A stretch of 64,000 nucleotides of DNA from Fonticula-like sp. SCN 57-25. Lineage: Eukaryota. The stretch spans positions 1-64,000 of the forward strand of contig MEDX01000004.1 in assembly GCA_001724245.1 (NCBI GenBank). Reading direction: 5' to 3'. Under the pieces are notes generated by a model. It had not been told where the DNA came from. It saw only the letters and a list, made by a program, of their open reading frames with translations, and searched no databases. Each line of letters opens with the position of its first letter. Within the stretch, counting starts at the first letter, position 1. Below are positions 35,973 to 48,593 of the stretch, in pieces. The translations under genes and the position numbers were made by a program.

Positions 35973-37297
35973 ATGGGCGAGCCCACGCCGACGTTGTATC
36001 CCTATGGGATGCCCTGTAAGGAGTTTACAGGAGCAAACGAGGGCGTCTCCTTTACGCAGTTCTATTTCATCTCTTCAACCTGCGAGCCCGACGTGTTCAT
36101 CTTGGGCATCACCTGGGCGTTTATTTGCTTTGCCTCTCTCGGGGTGCGCAACAATTCTCCGTCCGTCCTGAACGCGCGCAGAGACTGACTTGTTTTGTCA
36201 TGTAGTTTCTCTACACATTCGCAATGCTCGTCCATACAATGGTCGCGTCCAAGAAGATGACGGTGCCGGCGCGGGTCGCATTGTACGCGTCCGTCAGTCT
36301 GTCCTGTGCGCGATTCACACTTTCTTCTTTCCTCACCTTCTCTTACGGCCAACTAACGGACGCCATTTAGCGCGTGTTCTTGGTTTGCTCCTCACGCTGT
36401 ACGCGGTCGCGACGCCGATCCGGATGTACTTTATGGCAACTCCTATGATTTTCTTGATTGTGTCTGGAAGCGTGCTCGAGTTCAACTGGCTCAAGGTGAT
36501 GTCGCGCAAGGACTGGAGCCGCGTCGATGGTACTAGGGGTCTCCAGATGGACTGGTTCAAGATATCTATTTTCACTTTTTGTCTTGGCTTTTGCGTTGGT
36601 CTTCTCGGCGCCTGGGCGATAGCTGTGCCAATTCTTCGCGAGTCGGGCGCCTCCGTGCGCACCATCAACATTGCAGTCTGGGCCGGCTTTGTGTGGCTTA
36701 CTGTGTGGTTGTGGATCTTCCTTGGTCTTTCCATTATTTCGCTTCGCAAGCTCAGCGACGGGCTGTCGGATTTGGTCCATCGCGCGGAAACGAGCGGGAC
36801 TGGCGACGCGCCGGACGCCATCGTCTCATTGCTGCGCAAGGTACGCAGGCGGTTTTTCTCTATGTTGTTTTGCTTGTGCTCATTTATGTGTTGCACAGCT
36901 TAAGATTGGCGGCTGGCTACTTTTCATCATGGTTACCATTTCTTCATTGTCCCTGACTGGAATGGTCGTCGTTGTTGCTATGAAAGACTTCAACGCCGAT
37001 TATACGTTGTTGTGGATTTACTTTGGCTTGATCTTTGGAGAGATTCCGGCAAATGTTGCCTTCGTCTACATGGGCGTTCGCCGCCGCGCTCAGTTTACCA
37101 GCACGAGCTCGAGCGGCTCGACCGACGCCAAGAGCAAGACGGCGCCGGGCAGCACAAAGGGGACGCATACGGGCATCTCAAAGAACAATACCGAGCTGTC
37201 GGAGCTCGCGACGATGGACGACTACCTCTCAAAGGCAAAGGAGATTCAGTCAGAGTGGAACGAGATGACCAACCAAGCTTCTGTCCCGCCGGCGTGA
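35973..37297 (+). CDS. 7TM GPCR-like orphan protein, paralogue 2
   Basis: MGEPTPTLYPYGMPCKEFTG..LEFNWLKVM..ELATMDDYL; same three introns. Confidence 0.8.
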
Positions 37298-38006
37298 GCA
37301 GCAACTCCATCGTTTCGCTACATTCTCATGATTTGCAGTAATTTTCAAACCTCCTTTTTGTCTTTGACGCCTGCGTCGCTTGTTTTTCTTCAGCGACGGT
37401 CATGACCTTAAGCTAGAAACGTTTCAGCTGCGCAGCGTCTCAATGTCGCCATATAACGCACCGGACCTACTTTTTTGAATCTAATTTTTGGTATTTTGTT
37501 GTATCAGTACCACTTCACAGTATCTATGGCAAAGATGAGTGAAGTGCTACTCTTTAAAGCAACGCGAATGCGGTATGGCATATGATATGAATATATATTT
37601 TATCGACTCTATGGAACCGATAGTACCAGCTCGTGGCCCACCACTTTGTGGCACTGGCCGCTGCCTGGCCGCTGCCGGCGTTCCTTTGACCACCTGGCGA
37701 TGTAATGCGTTTGGTTTACCGCTTGGTTAGCCCACAGCTTCTGCGCGCTTACCGGGGGGCTAGGGAAATCGAGTGGCGACCATCGGGTGGCGACCACCGA
37801 ACGTCGACCACCCCAGGACCACCTTTTCAATCGAGGGCTGGGACAATCGGCGCTCCTCGCGATCAGACGGTGTTCTTTTATTAGAAAGTGATAGGGCTGT
37901 GATTGGACGATGTACTAGGGAACGCGATCGTATTGGTCGCTCGCGACCGATGCCGCACGGCCGCGGCGGCCACGCACAAGAGTGAAAGACTGCTGGCCGC
38001 CTGGCG

Positions 38007-39338
38007 ATGGGCGACCTTACGCCGACGTTGTATCCCTTTGGGATGCCCTGTAAGGAGTTTACAGGAGCAAACGAGGGCGTTTCGTTCACGCAGTTCTACT
38101 TCATCTCTTCAACCTGCAAAAGCGACACGCTCCTCCTGGGCGTCGCCTGGGCGTTCATTTGCTTCGCCTTACTCGGGGTGCGCAACGATTCTCCGTACGC
38201 TCTTTTGGCGCGGTGTCTAATTTTTGTGTCTCATAGTTGCTCTACACATGCGCAATGCTCATCCATACTATGGTCGCGTCCAAGAGGATGACGGTGCCGG
38301 CGCGGGTCGCCTTGTACGCGTCCATCAGTTTGGCCTGTGCGCATTTTACCTCCGCCACTTTCTTTTTGCTGTTCGCTAACGGTGGCCCCTAGCGCGTGTT
38401 ATCGGTTTACTCCTTACGCTTTATTCGGTCGGGACGCGGATTCGGATGTACTTTATGTCGGCTCCTCTTATTTTCATGGTCATAGCCGGAAGCGTCCTCG
38501 AGTTCAACTGGCTCAAGGTGATGTCGCGCACCGACTGGAGCCGCGTCGAAGGCACCAGGCGCCTTTCGTGGGACTGGTACAAGACGACTCTTATGTTTTT
38601 TTGTTTTGGCTTTTCCACTGGTCTCATCGGCGCCTGGGCGATTGCGGTGCCAGTTCTCCGCGAGACGGGCGCCTCCGCCCGCAGCATCAACATTTCAGTC
38701 TGGGTCGGGTTTGTTTGGCTCACCGTATGGTTGTGGATCTTCCTTGGTCTTTCCATTGTTTCGCTTCGCAAGCTTGCTGACGGGCTTTCGGGTATGGTCC
38801 ATCACGCGCAAACTAGCGGCACCGGTGAAGTGCCTGACGCGGTCGTCGCACTGCTGCGTAAGGTACGCGATGGCGGGAGCGCCTTTCCCGTATGCCATTG
38901 TCGTTTTGCCTGTGCTCACATTCATGTCTTGCGCAGATTAAGATTGGCGGCTGGGTGCTTTTCATCATAGTTACCTTTGCTTCCTTGTCCCTGACTGGAA
39001 TGGTTCTTGTTGTTGCTGTCAGAGACTTCAAAGCCGAGAATACCTTGATGTGGATTTACTTTGGCATGGTGATGGTTGAGATTGCGGCAAACATTGCTTT
39101 TGTCTACATGGGTGTTCGCCGCCGCTCCCAGTTTATCAGCACGCAGTCGTACGGCTCGACTGACGCCAAGAGCAAAACGGCGCCGGGCAGCAAAAAGGGG
39201 ACGCAGTCGGGCAACGTGACAAAGAACAATACTGAGTTGTCGGAGCTCGCGACGATGGACGACTACCTCTCAAAGGCAAAGGAGATACAGTCAGAGTGGA
39301 ACGAGATGACCAACAAAGCTTTTGTCCCATCGGCGTGA
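38007..39338 (+). CDS. 7TM GPCR-like orphan protein, paralogue 3
   Basis: Same motifs and intron positions; frame intact. Confidence 0.8.
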
Positions 39339-40040
39339 GCAGCGCCTCCTTCGTTTCCCTACCTTCTCCCACTTTCGAATTTTTGTGCACACATTTTCCT
39401 TCCACACGTCTGCGCCGATACGTTTTTCAGCGACCTTCAAGACCTCGAGCAAGAAACCTTTCTATTGCGCAGAGTCTCACTATCGCCATAAAACGCACCG
39501 GGCCGACTTTTTTGAATCTAAATTTTCGTATTTTTATGTATCAGTACCACTTCACGGTATCTCAAGCAATGATGAATGAAGCGCTGCTTTTTGTTGGCAA
39601 CGCGAATGCGGTATGGCATACGATAGTTTTGAATACATTTTTCATCAGCTCTTTTATCCATGGATATGATAGTACCAGTACATACCAGCCCGCGGCTCAC
39701 CACTTTATGGCAATGGCCGCTGCCGGCATTCCTTTGACCACGTGGCGGGCGCCATTCATTCAGCTTTTTTACAGCTTTGGTTGCCCATGGCTTCTGCGCG
39801 TGTCCATAGAGGCAGGGGAAATCGAGCGCCGACCAGAGAGGTGACCACCTCTGCCCCCCCCCGAACGTCGACCACCTTGGAATGGCAGATTGATTGAAAA
39901 TGGCGCAATCGGAGCTCCTTCCGTTTCGTCGCGATCTGACTTTTTCCTTTATTTAGAATATTTCCAAGGCGGTGATTGGTGCTCGTTAAATTGCCATCGG
40001 GAACGCGATCGTGATGTTGGTCGTTTCCCATTATCGCTCG

Positions 40041-40070
40041 GCTGCAAAGAGCTGCAAAGAGCTGCAAAGA
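40041..40070 (+). repeat. (GCTGCAAAGA)x3 just upstream of paralogue 4
   Basis: Three exact 10-nt units. Confidence 0.9.
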
Positions 40071-40080
40071 CCTCAGGGCG

Positions 40081-41391
40081 ATGGGGGAACCTACGCCGAC
40101 GATGTATCCCTTTGGGATGGCCTGCAAGGAGTTTTCTGGGGTTATCAACGGTACTTCCTTCACGCAGTTCTACTTCGTCTCTGCTGGCTGCAAGCCTGAC
40201 CAGATCATCTTGATTGTCTCCTGGGCATTCACTACCATAGCCTTGATGGGGGTGCGCAACGATTCTCCATACGCCCTGAACGCGCGCATAAACTGACTTG
40301 CTTTGTCATGTAGTTTGTCTACACATTTTCAATGCTCATCCACACTTTGGTCGCGTCCAAGAGGATGACGGTGCCGGCGCGGGTCGCCTTGTACGCGTCC
40401 ATCAGTTTGGCCTGTGCGCTTTTACCTCCACCGCTGTCTTTTTGCTCCTGGCTAATAGTGCACCACAGCGCGTGTTATTGGTTTGCTCCTCACGCTGTAC
40501 GCGGTCGCAACGCCGATCCGGATGTACTTTATGACGGCTCCTATTGTTTTCATGATCGTATCTGGAAGCGTCCTCGAGTTCAACTGGCTCAAGGTCATGT
40601 CGCGCACTGACTGGAGCCGCGTCGAGGGCACCAGGCGTCTCCAGTGGGACTGGTACAAGACGACTCTGATCTTTTTTTGCATTGCCTTTTGCACTGGTCT
40701 CCTAGGCGCTTGGGCGATTGCGGTGCCGATTCTCCGTGAGATGGGCGCCCCCGCCCGCAGCCTCAATATTACAGTTTGGGCCGGGTTTGCTTGGCTCGCT
40801 GTGTGGTTCTGGATTTTCCTTGGCCTTTCCGTTGTTTCACTTCGCAAGCTTAGCATCGGGCTGTCGAATATGGTTCATCACGCGGAAACCAGCGGCACCG
40901 GTGAAGCGCCTGACGCGGTCGTTTCATTGCTGCGCAAGGTACGCAGGCAGCTCTCTTTGTGCCGTTTTGCCTCTGCTCAATCTTGCGGCTCATAGATTAA
41001 AATCGGCGGCTGGGTGCTCTTCATTATAGTTTCCATTGTTGCCTTGTCTCTGACCGGAATGGTCATTGTTGTCGCTCTCAGCGACTTTGACACTGAGAAT
41101 ACGATGCTGTGGATTTACTTTGGCTTGGTGGTGGGTGAGATGCTGGCGAATATTGCCTTTGTCTACATGGGCGTTCGCCGCCGCTCCCAGTTTACCAGCA
41201 CGCATTCGCGAGGCTCGACCGATATTAAGAGTAAGACGGCGCCGGGCAGCAACAGCAAGAATGAAACGCAGACTGGCGTTTCTAAGGACAACACGGAGCT
41301 GTCGGAGCTTGCGACGATGGACGACTACCTTACCAAGACTAAGGAGATGCAGACGGAATGGAATACAATGACCAGAAATGCCTTTGTCTAG
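40081..41391 (+). CDS. 7TM GPCR-like orphan protein, paralogue 4
   Basis: Same motifs and intron positions; frame intact. Confidence 0.8.
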
Positions 41392-42267
41392 CAGCGACGC
41401 CATCATTCTCTTTGCTTCAGCGCCACGTTAATATGCCCATATCATTGCTTTACCTTGCTCTGATTTTGCCTGCGCTTAGCGCTGTTTATTTCATGTCGAG
41501 GTTCAAGGTCTCGAGCTGGCCGTCTTTTTGCGCTACGCCTTTAATCGTCTCGCAAGCAGGGCTTGTACTTTTTCTTTTTCTAATACTTTTTGTATCGGTT
41601 GTTCTAAATGTAAGATAAATGTCTATTTCGAGTGATCACACGTAACGAGGCTATGGCATTTTTTCTATAGCTCTCCGCCCGTATGTAACAATTATGGGCG
41701 ACCGCGACACTATGAGCGTGACTATGGTGGCAGCACGGCATCTCACGACAGCACCGCACCTCATGACCACACAGCATTGCTACCAAATTCAAAGAGTACA
41801 TTTTTCTCTCTTTCGGCATTGTGCGGAGCGCAGTCAAGCAAAGAGTCCAAATATCTTTTAAACGATTGCTGTTTGATGGGTCTCGAAGGGCGGTTCGGGC
41901 GGGGCCGGCCGGCGCTGCTGCCGCCAACAGGAATTGCGTAGTGTGTAAGCTTAGCTGCTTCGCAACATACAGCGCTCATTAAAATTTACAATAGACGTTT
42001 CGTTATCCACGCCCTTGCCCGTCGGGGGCACTGGCCTCCTCAGAAACGATTGACACGGGCCATGCGCGCCGTCATTATTGCACCGCTGATCCGCGGCGGG
42101 GAAATGAGAATCACGCAGACCAAGTGGTGCCACTCACTGCTATGTACGGGAACGCTTCCTTGATGCGGGTGTTCTGGGCGCGGACAAATACGAGCCCGGC
42201 GGCCTTTTCAACAGGTTTCCATTTCGCAGGCCGGCGGGCCCGCGGGCAGCAGCCAGCAGGCTGGAGA

Positions 42268-42316
42268 GCTGGAATCAGGCTGGAATCAGGCAAGAATCAG
42301 GAAAGAATCAGGCTGG
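42268..42316 (+). repeat. Short 11-nt tandem repeat (xxxGAATCAGG)x4
   Basis: gctggaatcaggctggaatcaggcaagaatcaggaaagaatcagg. Confidence 0.8.
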
Positions 42317-42859
42317 GACTGTCAAAATCGCATGCGATTACGCATGCAGGGCATAGATGAGCGTAGAACTCCCTTAGCCCCAGGTTTTTGCCAACAGCTT
42401 TGTCGAATGAATAATATGCAAAACTCTTCGTACTGTAAAGCATGATACGGTATGGGTATCTTTGATACTGCGCGAAGTTTTCAGCGACGCTAGGCCAGAG
42501 GGCGGTGCAAGAGGGGGTGAATAGGGGGCTAAGGGGGGCGTTCAAAATCTTGCGTGGTCGTTCGGAGTGTTCGGAAGCTGGTTCGAGAAGCACGGAAAAT
42601 TACGGCGGTTGAGTCGCGACCTGCTAAATTTCTCCGTATAGACAACCTCGATTGAATAAGTGGTAATCGGAGCCCTTTATCACCGATTTGTATTTGCCAA
42701 ACCGAACGGATTTTTCCTTTTTTGGAAAATAGCATACCACGATAAGGTTGTGATTGGCTGTCACTTATCAGGGTTCGTAGTTTTTTCACAAAGTGTGACC
42801 TTGGCACTGTCAGTTTGACACGTCTCCCTTACCCCGTCCCCCGAGGATCTCCGAGCGCG

Positions 42860-44156
42860 ATGGACGAGCCTACGCCTACGATGTATCCCTTTGGGATGTC
42901 CTGCAAGGAGTTTACTGGCGAAAACGGCGGCGTTTCCTTTTCGCAGTTCTATTTCATCTCCACAGGCTGCAAGGAAGACTCGTTCGTTTTGAGCATCACT
43001 TGGGCGTTCATTATCATTGCCTTGGTCGGGGTGCGCGGCAATTCTCTGTCTGATGCCGCGGTGGCTGACTTTCTTCGTCGCATAGCTTGTCTTTACATTA
43101 GCGATGCTCTTCCATACGCTGGTTACGACCAAGCGGATGGCGGTGCCGGCGCGCGTCGCCACCTACGCTTCCGTCAGTTTGGCCTGTGCGTGCTTTACCT
43201 TTCCTTTTATAGAGCTAATGCCTGCATTTTAGCGCGTGTTGTCGGCCTACTCCTTACGCTGTATGCGGTCGCGACACCAATTCGAATGTACTTTATGACC
43301 GCTCCTCTTATTTTCATGATCGTGGCGGGATGCGTTCTCGAGTTCAACTGGCTCAAGGTAATGTCGCGGACGGACTGGAGCCGTGTCGAGGGCACCAAGC
43401 GTCTTCAGTGGAACTGGTACAAGACGGGTCTCATCGCTTTCTGCGTTGTATTCTCCGTCGGACTCATGGCAACCTGGGCGATCGCCGCGCCAGTTCTCCG
43501 TGCGATGGGCGCCTCCCCCCGCACCATCAACATTGCAGTTTGGGCAGGGTTTGTGTGGTTCACCATATGGATATGGGTCTTCTTTGCTCTTTCCGTCGTT
43601 TCGCTTCGCAAGCTTAGCCGCCGGCTTTCGGAAATGGTTCATCGTGCGGAAACGAGCGGCACGGGTGAGGCGCCAGACGCGGTCGTCACTTTGCTGCAGA
43701 AGGTATACAGCTGCTCTCATTATGTTGTTTTGTCTGTGCTCATTATGTGTTGCACAGCTCAAGGTTGGCGGCTGGGTGCTCGGCGTTTTTATCTTTATTG
43801 CTGCGTTGTCAATGTCAGGATTGGTCGCTTCCCTAGCAGTGCACGACTTCAACACCCACAATACGTTGATGTGGATTTACTTTGGCATGGTGTTGGGCGA
43901 GATTGCGGCCAATGTTGCTTTTGTCTACATGGGCGTTCGCCGCCGTTCCCAGTTCACCAGTACGCAGTCGCGCGGCTCGACCGACATCAAGAGCAAGACG
44001 GCGCCGGGCAGCAAAATGGGAACGCAGACAGGCATCTCAAAGAACAACACGGAGCTGTCGGAGCTTGCGACGATGGACGACTACCTTACCAAGACGAAAG
44101 AGATGCAGTCCGAGTGGAATGAGGTGACCAATAACGCCTTTGTCCCGCCGGTATGA
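42860..44156 (+). CDS. 7TM GPCR-like orphan protein, paralogue 5
   Basis: MDEPTPTMYPFGMSCKEFTG..; same three introns. Confidence 0.8.
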
Positions 44157-44537
44157 GCAGCGCCATCGCCCCGCTTCTTGGTAGATGCAGGCATCCCTAG
44201 AGCATTCTCGTTGTTCTTTTACGTGGTCAATTTTCATGTATAAACAAGCACACGAGTTTTGATAAAAAAAAATTAACAATGAAACAAATAGAGTAGTATA
44301 ATATATCGCAAAAAACTTTTTCTTTCGTGCTTGTGACCGACTTGACATGTTGACCACCAGCTCGGCCGATTTAGCCCCCGAATCCACCCCCGAATCTGAT
44401 CAGTTTTCCGCTCTTTCCTCCTCGTCAGTGTTAACAACAGGGCGCAGCTGCCTTTGGTACGGCCGCCGCCGCCTGGGTGCCTTTCGCTCACGCCTGCCCC
44501 CCTCGTTGTAGCTGCCGGTGTTATCACGAACGCGGCT

Positions 44538-47500
44538 ATGGAGGAAACTGCTGTGAGCTCGCGCGTGCTCACAAAGTTTGAGACGAAATCGTCCCGCGTC
44601 AAGGGCCTTTCGTTCCATCCCAAGCGCCCGTGGATCCTTGCCAGTCTGCACACTGGTACCATCCAGCTGTGGGATTACCGTGTGGCCGTTTTGCTGGATC
44701 GCTTTGACGAGCATGAGGGTGCGTTTGGGCCTTGGGCCGAGGTCGGCGAAGCTGATGTTGCTGTTCTTTTTGCCTTGTAGGCCCCGTTCGTGCCGTTTCG
44801 TTCCACAACTCGCAGCCGCTCTTTGTTTCGGGTGGCGACGATAGCAAGGTGAAGATCTGGAACTACAAGCAGCGCAAGTGCTTGTTTACGCTTTCCAACC
44901 ACCAGGACTATATCCGCACGGCGTACTTTCACCACGAGTATCCCTGGATTGTGACCGCCTGCGATGATCAGACGATCCGCATCTGGAACTGGCAGTCGCG
45001 CACGTCCATTGCGCGTCTGTCGGGCCACACCCACTACACCATGTGCGCTCAGTTCCACCCGAAGGAAGACCTTCTTGTTTCGGCTTCGCTCGACGGAACC
45101 GTGCGCGTCTGGGATATTTCTGGACTTCGCAAGCGCGCGGCCATGCCCGGCCCGTCGTCCTTTGACGAAAACAAGAACCAGGCGGCGCAGACCGACCTCT
45201 TTGGAAACTCTGACGCCATTGTCAAGTTTGTGCTCGAGGGCCACGACCGCGGCGTTAACTGGGCGAGCTTCCACCCCACCCTGCCGCTCATCGCGTCGGC
45301 CTCGGACGATCGCCAAGTTAAGCTGTGGCGCATGAACGAGACCAAGGCGTGGGAGGTCGACCACTGCCGCGGCCACTTTAACAATGTCTGCTGCGTTATT
45401 TTCCACCCGCGCCAGGAGCTCATCCTGTCCAACTCTGAGGACCGCACGATGCGCGTGTGGGACATGTCCAAGCGCAACTGCCTGATGACGGTCCGCCGCG
45501 AGCACGACCGCTTCTGGATGCTGGCCGCCCACCCCGAGCAGAACCTCTTTGCCGCCGGCCACGACACGGGTCTCCTCGTCTTCAAGCTAGAGCGCGAGCG
45601 CCCGCCGTTCGCCGTCTACCAGGACACGGTCTACTACGTCAAGGACAAGTACCTGCGCTGCCTGGACCTGCCGACGGGCCGCGATACCATCCTCGCGACC
45701 ATCCGCCGTCAGGTGGCCCTCGGCGTCCAGCCGCGCGCCGTCCTCTTCAACCCGGCCGAGAACGCGCTGCTCGTCTACTGGCGCAGCGAGGGCGGCTCGT
45801 ACGAGCTCTTCCAGCTGCCGCGCAATGCGACGCCCGAGAACGTGCCCGAGTCCAAGCGCGGCGTCGGCCTCGGCGCCGTCTTTGTGGCCCGCAACCGCAT
45901 CGCCGTGCTCGACAAGGGGAAGCAGCTTCTCGTTAAGAACCTCAAGAACGAGCTCACCAAGCAGTTCAAGGTCCCCAACAATGTGGACGGCATCTTCCCC
46001 GCGGCGGCCGGCAGCGTTCTGCTCCGCAGCAACGACTCGGTCTCGCTCTTTGACCTCCAGCGCAAGGAGGTGGTCGGCGAGCTCACCACGCCGTCTATCA
46101 AGTATGTTTCGTGGTCGCAGGACGGCTCGATGGTCGCGCTCCTTTCGCGCCACACGCTCATCATCGCCAACAAGCGCCTCGAGCAGCTTTGCTCCATCCA
46201 CGAGACCATCCACATCAAGAGCGGCGTGTGGGACGACGAGGGCATCTTTATCTTTACCACGCTCAATCACCTCAAGTACGCGCTGCCCAACGGCGACGTC
46301 GGCATCATCCGCACCATCGAGCAGCCGCTGTACGTCACGCGCGCCAAGGGCGTCACCGTGCACTGCCTCGACCGCGACGGCAAGCCGCGCATGCTGAGCA
46401 TCCTCAACACCGAGTACAAGTTCAAGCAGGCGCTCATCGAGCGCAAGTACGACCGCGTCCTTACCATCATTCGCGAGTCGAACCTGGTCGGCCAGTCCAT
46501 CATCGCCTACCTCACCCAGAAGGGTTACGCCGAAATTGCGCTCCACTTTGTTCGCGACGAAAAGACGCGCTTCAACCTGGCCCTCGAGTGCGGCAACCTG
46601 CAGGTGGCCGTGGAAATGGCCACCGCCATCGACAAGGAAGAGTTCTGGAATGTGCTGGCGGACGCCGCCCTGAAGCTCGGCAACATCCAGGTCGTCGAAA
46701 TGGCGCTGCGCCGCGTGCGCAACTTTGAGCGCCTCGCGTTCCTCTACCTCGTCACGGGCAACGTGGCCAAGCTCGAAAAGATGCTAGAGGTCGCGATGAC
46801 GCGCAAGGATGTGCAGGCCGTCGCGCACACGTCCATGTTCCTCGGCGACTATGACACGCTCGTGAGCCTGCTGCGCAGCGTCGGCCAGAACACGCTTGCG
46901 TATGTTCTCGCCGCGTCTCACGGCCTCGGCGAGGTTGCCGAGGCGATCCTGCCGACGCTCGGTCTCGAGGAGGCGCCGGCCGTCCCCGAGGGCACGCTGT
47001 TGATGCCGCCGTCGGTGATTCTTCCGCACGCCGAGCTCAACTGGCCGCAGCTCAATGTATCCCGGTCTGTCTTCAGTGGCGCTTTGAGTGGGGGTGCTGC
47101 GATCGCTGCCGCACAGGAGCAGGCCGAGCAGCAGCAGCGCAAGATTGCTGTCGACGCCGGCGAGCACGACGTTGACCTGGACGACGAGAGCGGCGAGCCG
47201 TCCGGCTGGGGCGGTGACGACGACGAGGACTTTGACATGGCTGGCACGAGCGGCGCCAAGAGCGGCAAGGCTGCCGCGCTCAGCGACGAGGAGGACCTTG
47301 ACATGGCCGGCGGCGGGTGGGAGATTGAGGATGCCGACATTCACCTCGACCTCGAGGAAGCCGGCGGCGCCGTGGACAAGGAGGTGCTCGAGTCATACTA
47401 TGTGCCGCCGTCGCAGGGCGTCAGCTTTGCGGACGCGTGGGTGCGCTCGTCGTCGTCGCACATTGACCACATCGCGGCCGGTTCGTTCGAGTCTGCGATG

Positions 47501-48365
47501 CAGCTGCTGCACAACCAGCTGGGCATTGTCAACTTTGCGCCGCTCAAGGGCCACTTTATGGAGTCGTTCACCGGCTCGCGCGCCTTTTTGCCCGGCGTCG
47601 CGCAGGTGCCCGCGCTTGCGGTGCCGCTTACGCGCGGCAACCAGCCCATCGCGCCCGTCACGCTGGTGACGCTCAACGCGCAGCTCGCCGCTGCGTACCG
47701 CCTCGTCACGGCGGGCAAGTTTGCCGAGGCAATCAACGCGTTCCGCGACATTCTGCACAGCACGCTCTTTGTGCGGCGCACGCGCAACGACGACGCGGAC
47801 ATTGACGAGATTGTGTCTATTGCGCGCGAGTACTTGCTCGGTCTCCTGGCCGAGACGGTTCGCAAGCAGCTGCCCAAGGAGGACGCCTCTCTGAATGTGC
47901 GCAAGGCCGAGCTGGCGGCGTACTTTGCGTGCTGCAAGATGCAGCCGATTCACACGGCCCTCGCCCTTTCGTCGGCCATGACGGCCGCGTACAAGGCGCG
48001 CAGCTATTCGGTCTCTTCCACCTTTGCCCGCCGCCTCCTGGACATGAACCCCAAGCCCGAAATGGCGACGCAAGCCAAGAAGGTGCAGGCCGTCTGCGAC
48101 AAGGCCGGCGCCGACGAGGCGCAGCTCAACCTGGACCTCCACAACCCTTTCACCGTGTGCGGCATCGACTTTGTGCCCCTCTACCGCAGCAGCAAGAGTG
48201 TCAGCTGGTACGCCCCGCATACCTCGCCTCACATTCCGATGTAAATTTACCAATGCGTCGTGTTCTACTTTTAGCCCAATGTGCCGCGCTGTCTTCCTCC
48301 CCTCTCATGACGGCATCGCGTGCCCCGTTTGCACGATTGCCCAGATCGGCCTGGAGCGCCGTTGA
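44538..48365 (+). CDS. COPA: Coatomer subunit alpha
   Basis: [46 protein letters not shown]-terminal CPxC..CPVC zinc knuckle. Two introns. Confidence 0.98.
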
Positions 48366-48593
48366 TTCGAACATTGTTTACCGAATAAAGCAATAGGAGC
48401 ACTCCGATCACATTTTGTGCACAACTTGGCGGCCCAGCCTTTTCCAAAAGCCATTCGCGATTGCGTACTACAGGTGGGGTAGCCCATATGGGCAACTTGG
48501 CAGGAATTCCAAAAGAGCTTCGCGCGTGCGTGGGAAAGGCCAGTGTTGCTTTTGCAGAGGCAACCCACGCGATCGCCCGTCTTTACGTGTGCC

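Noticed and set aside
33953-44156. 7TM array as opsins/rhodopsins
   Set aside because: TM7 (e.g. WIYFGLIFGEIPANVAFVY) has no retinal-binding Lys, and no microbial or animal opsin motifs are present.
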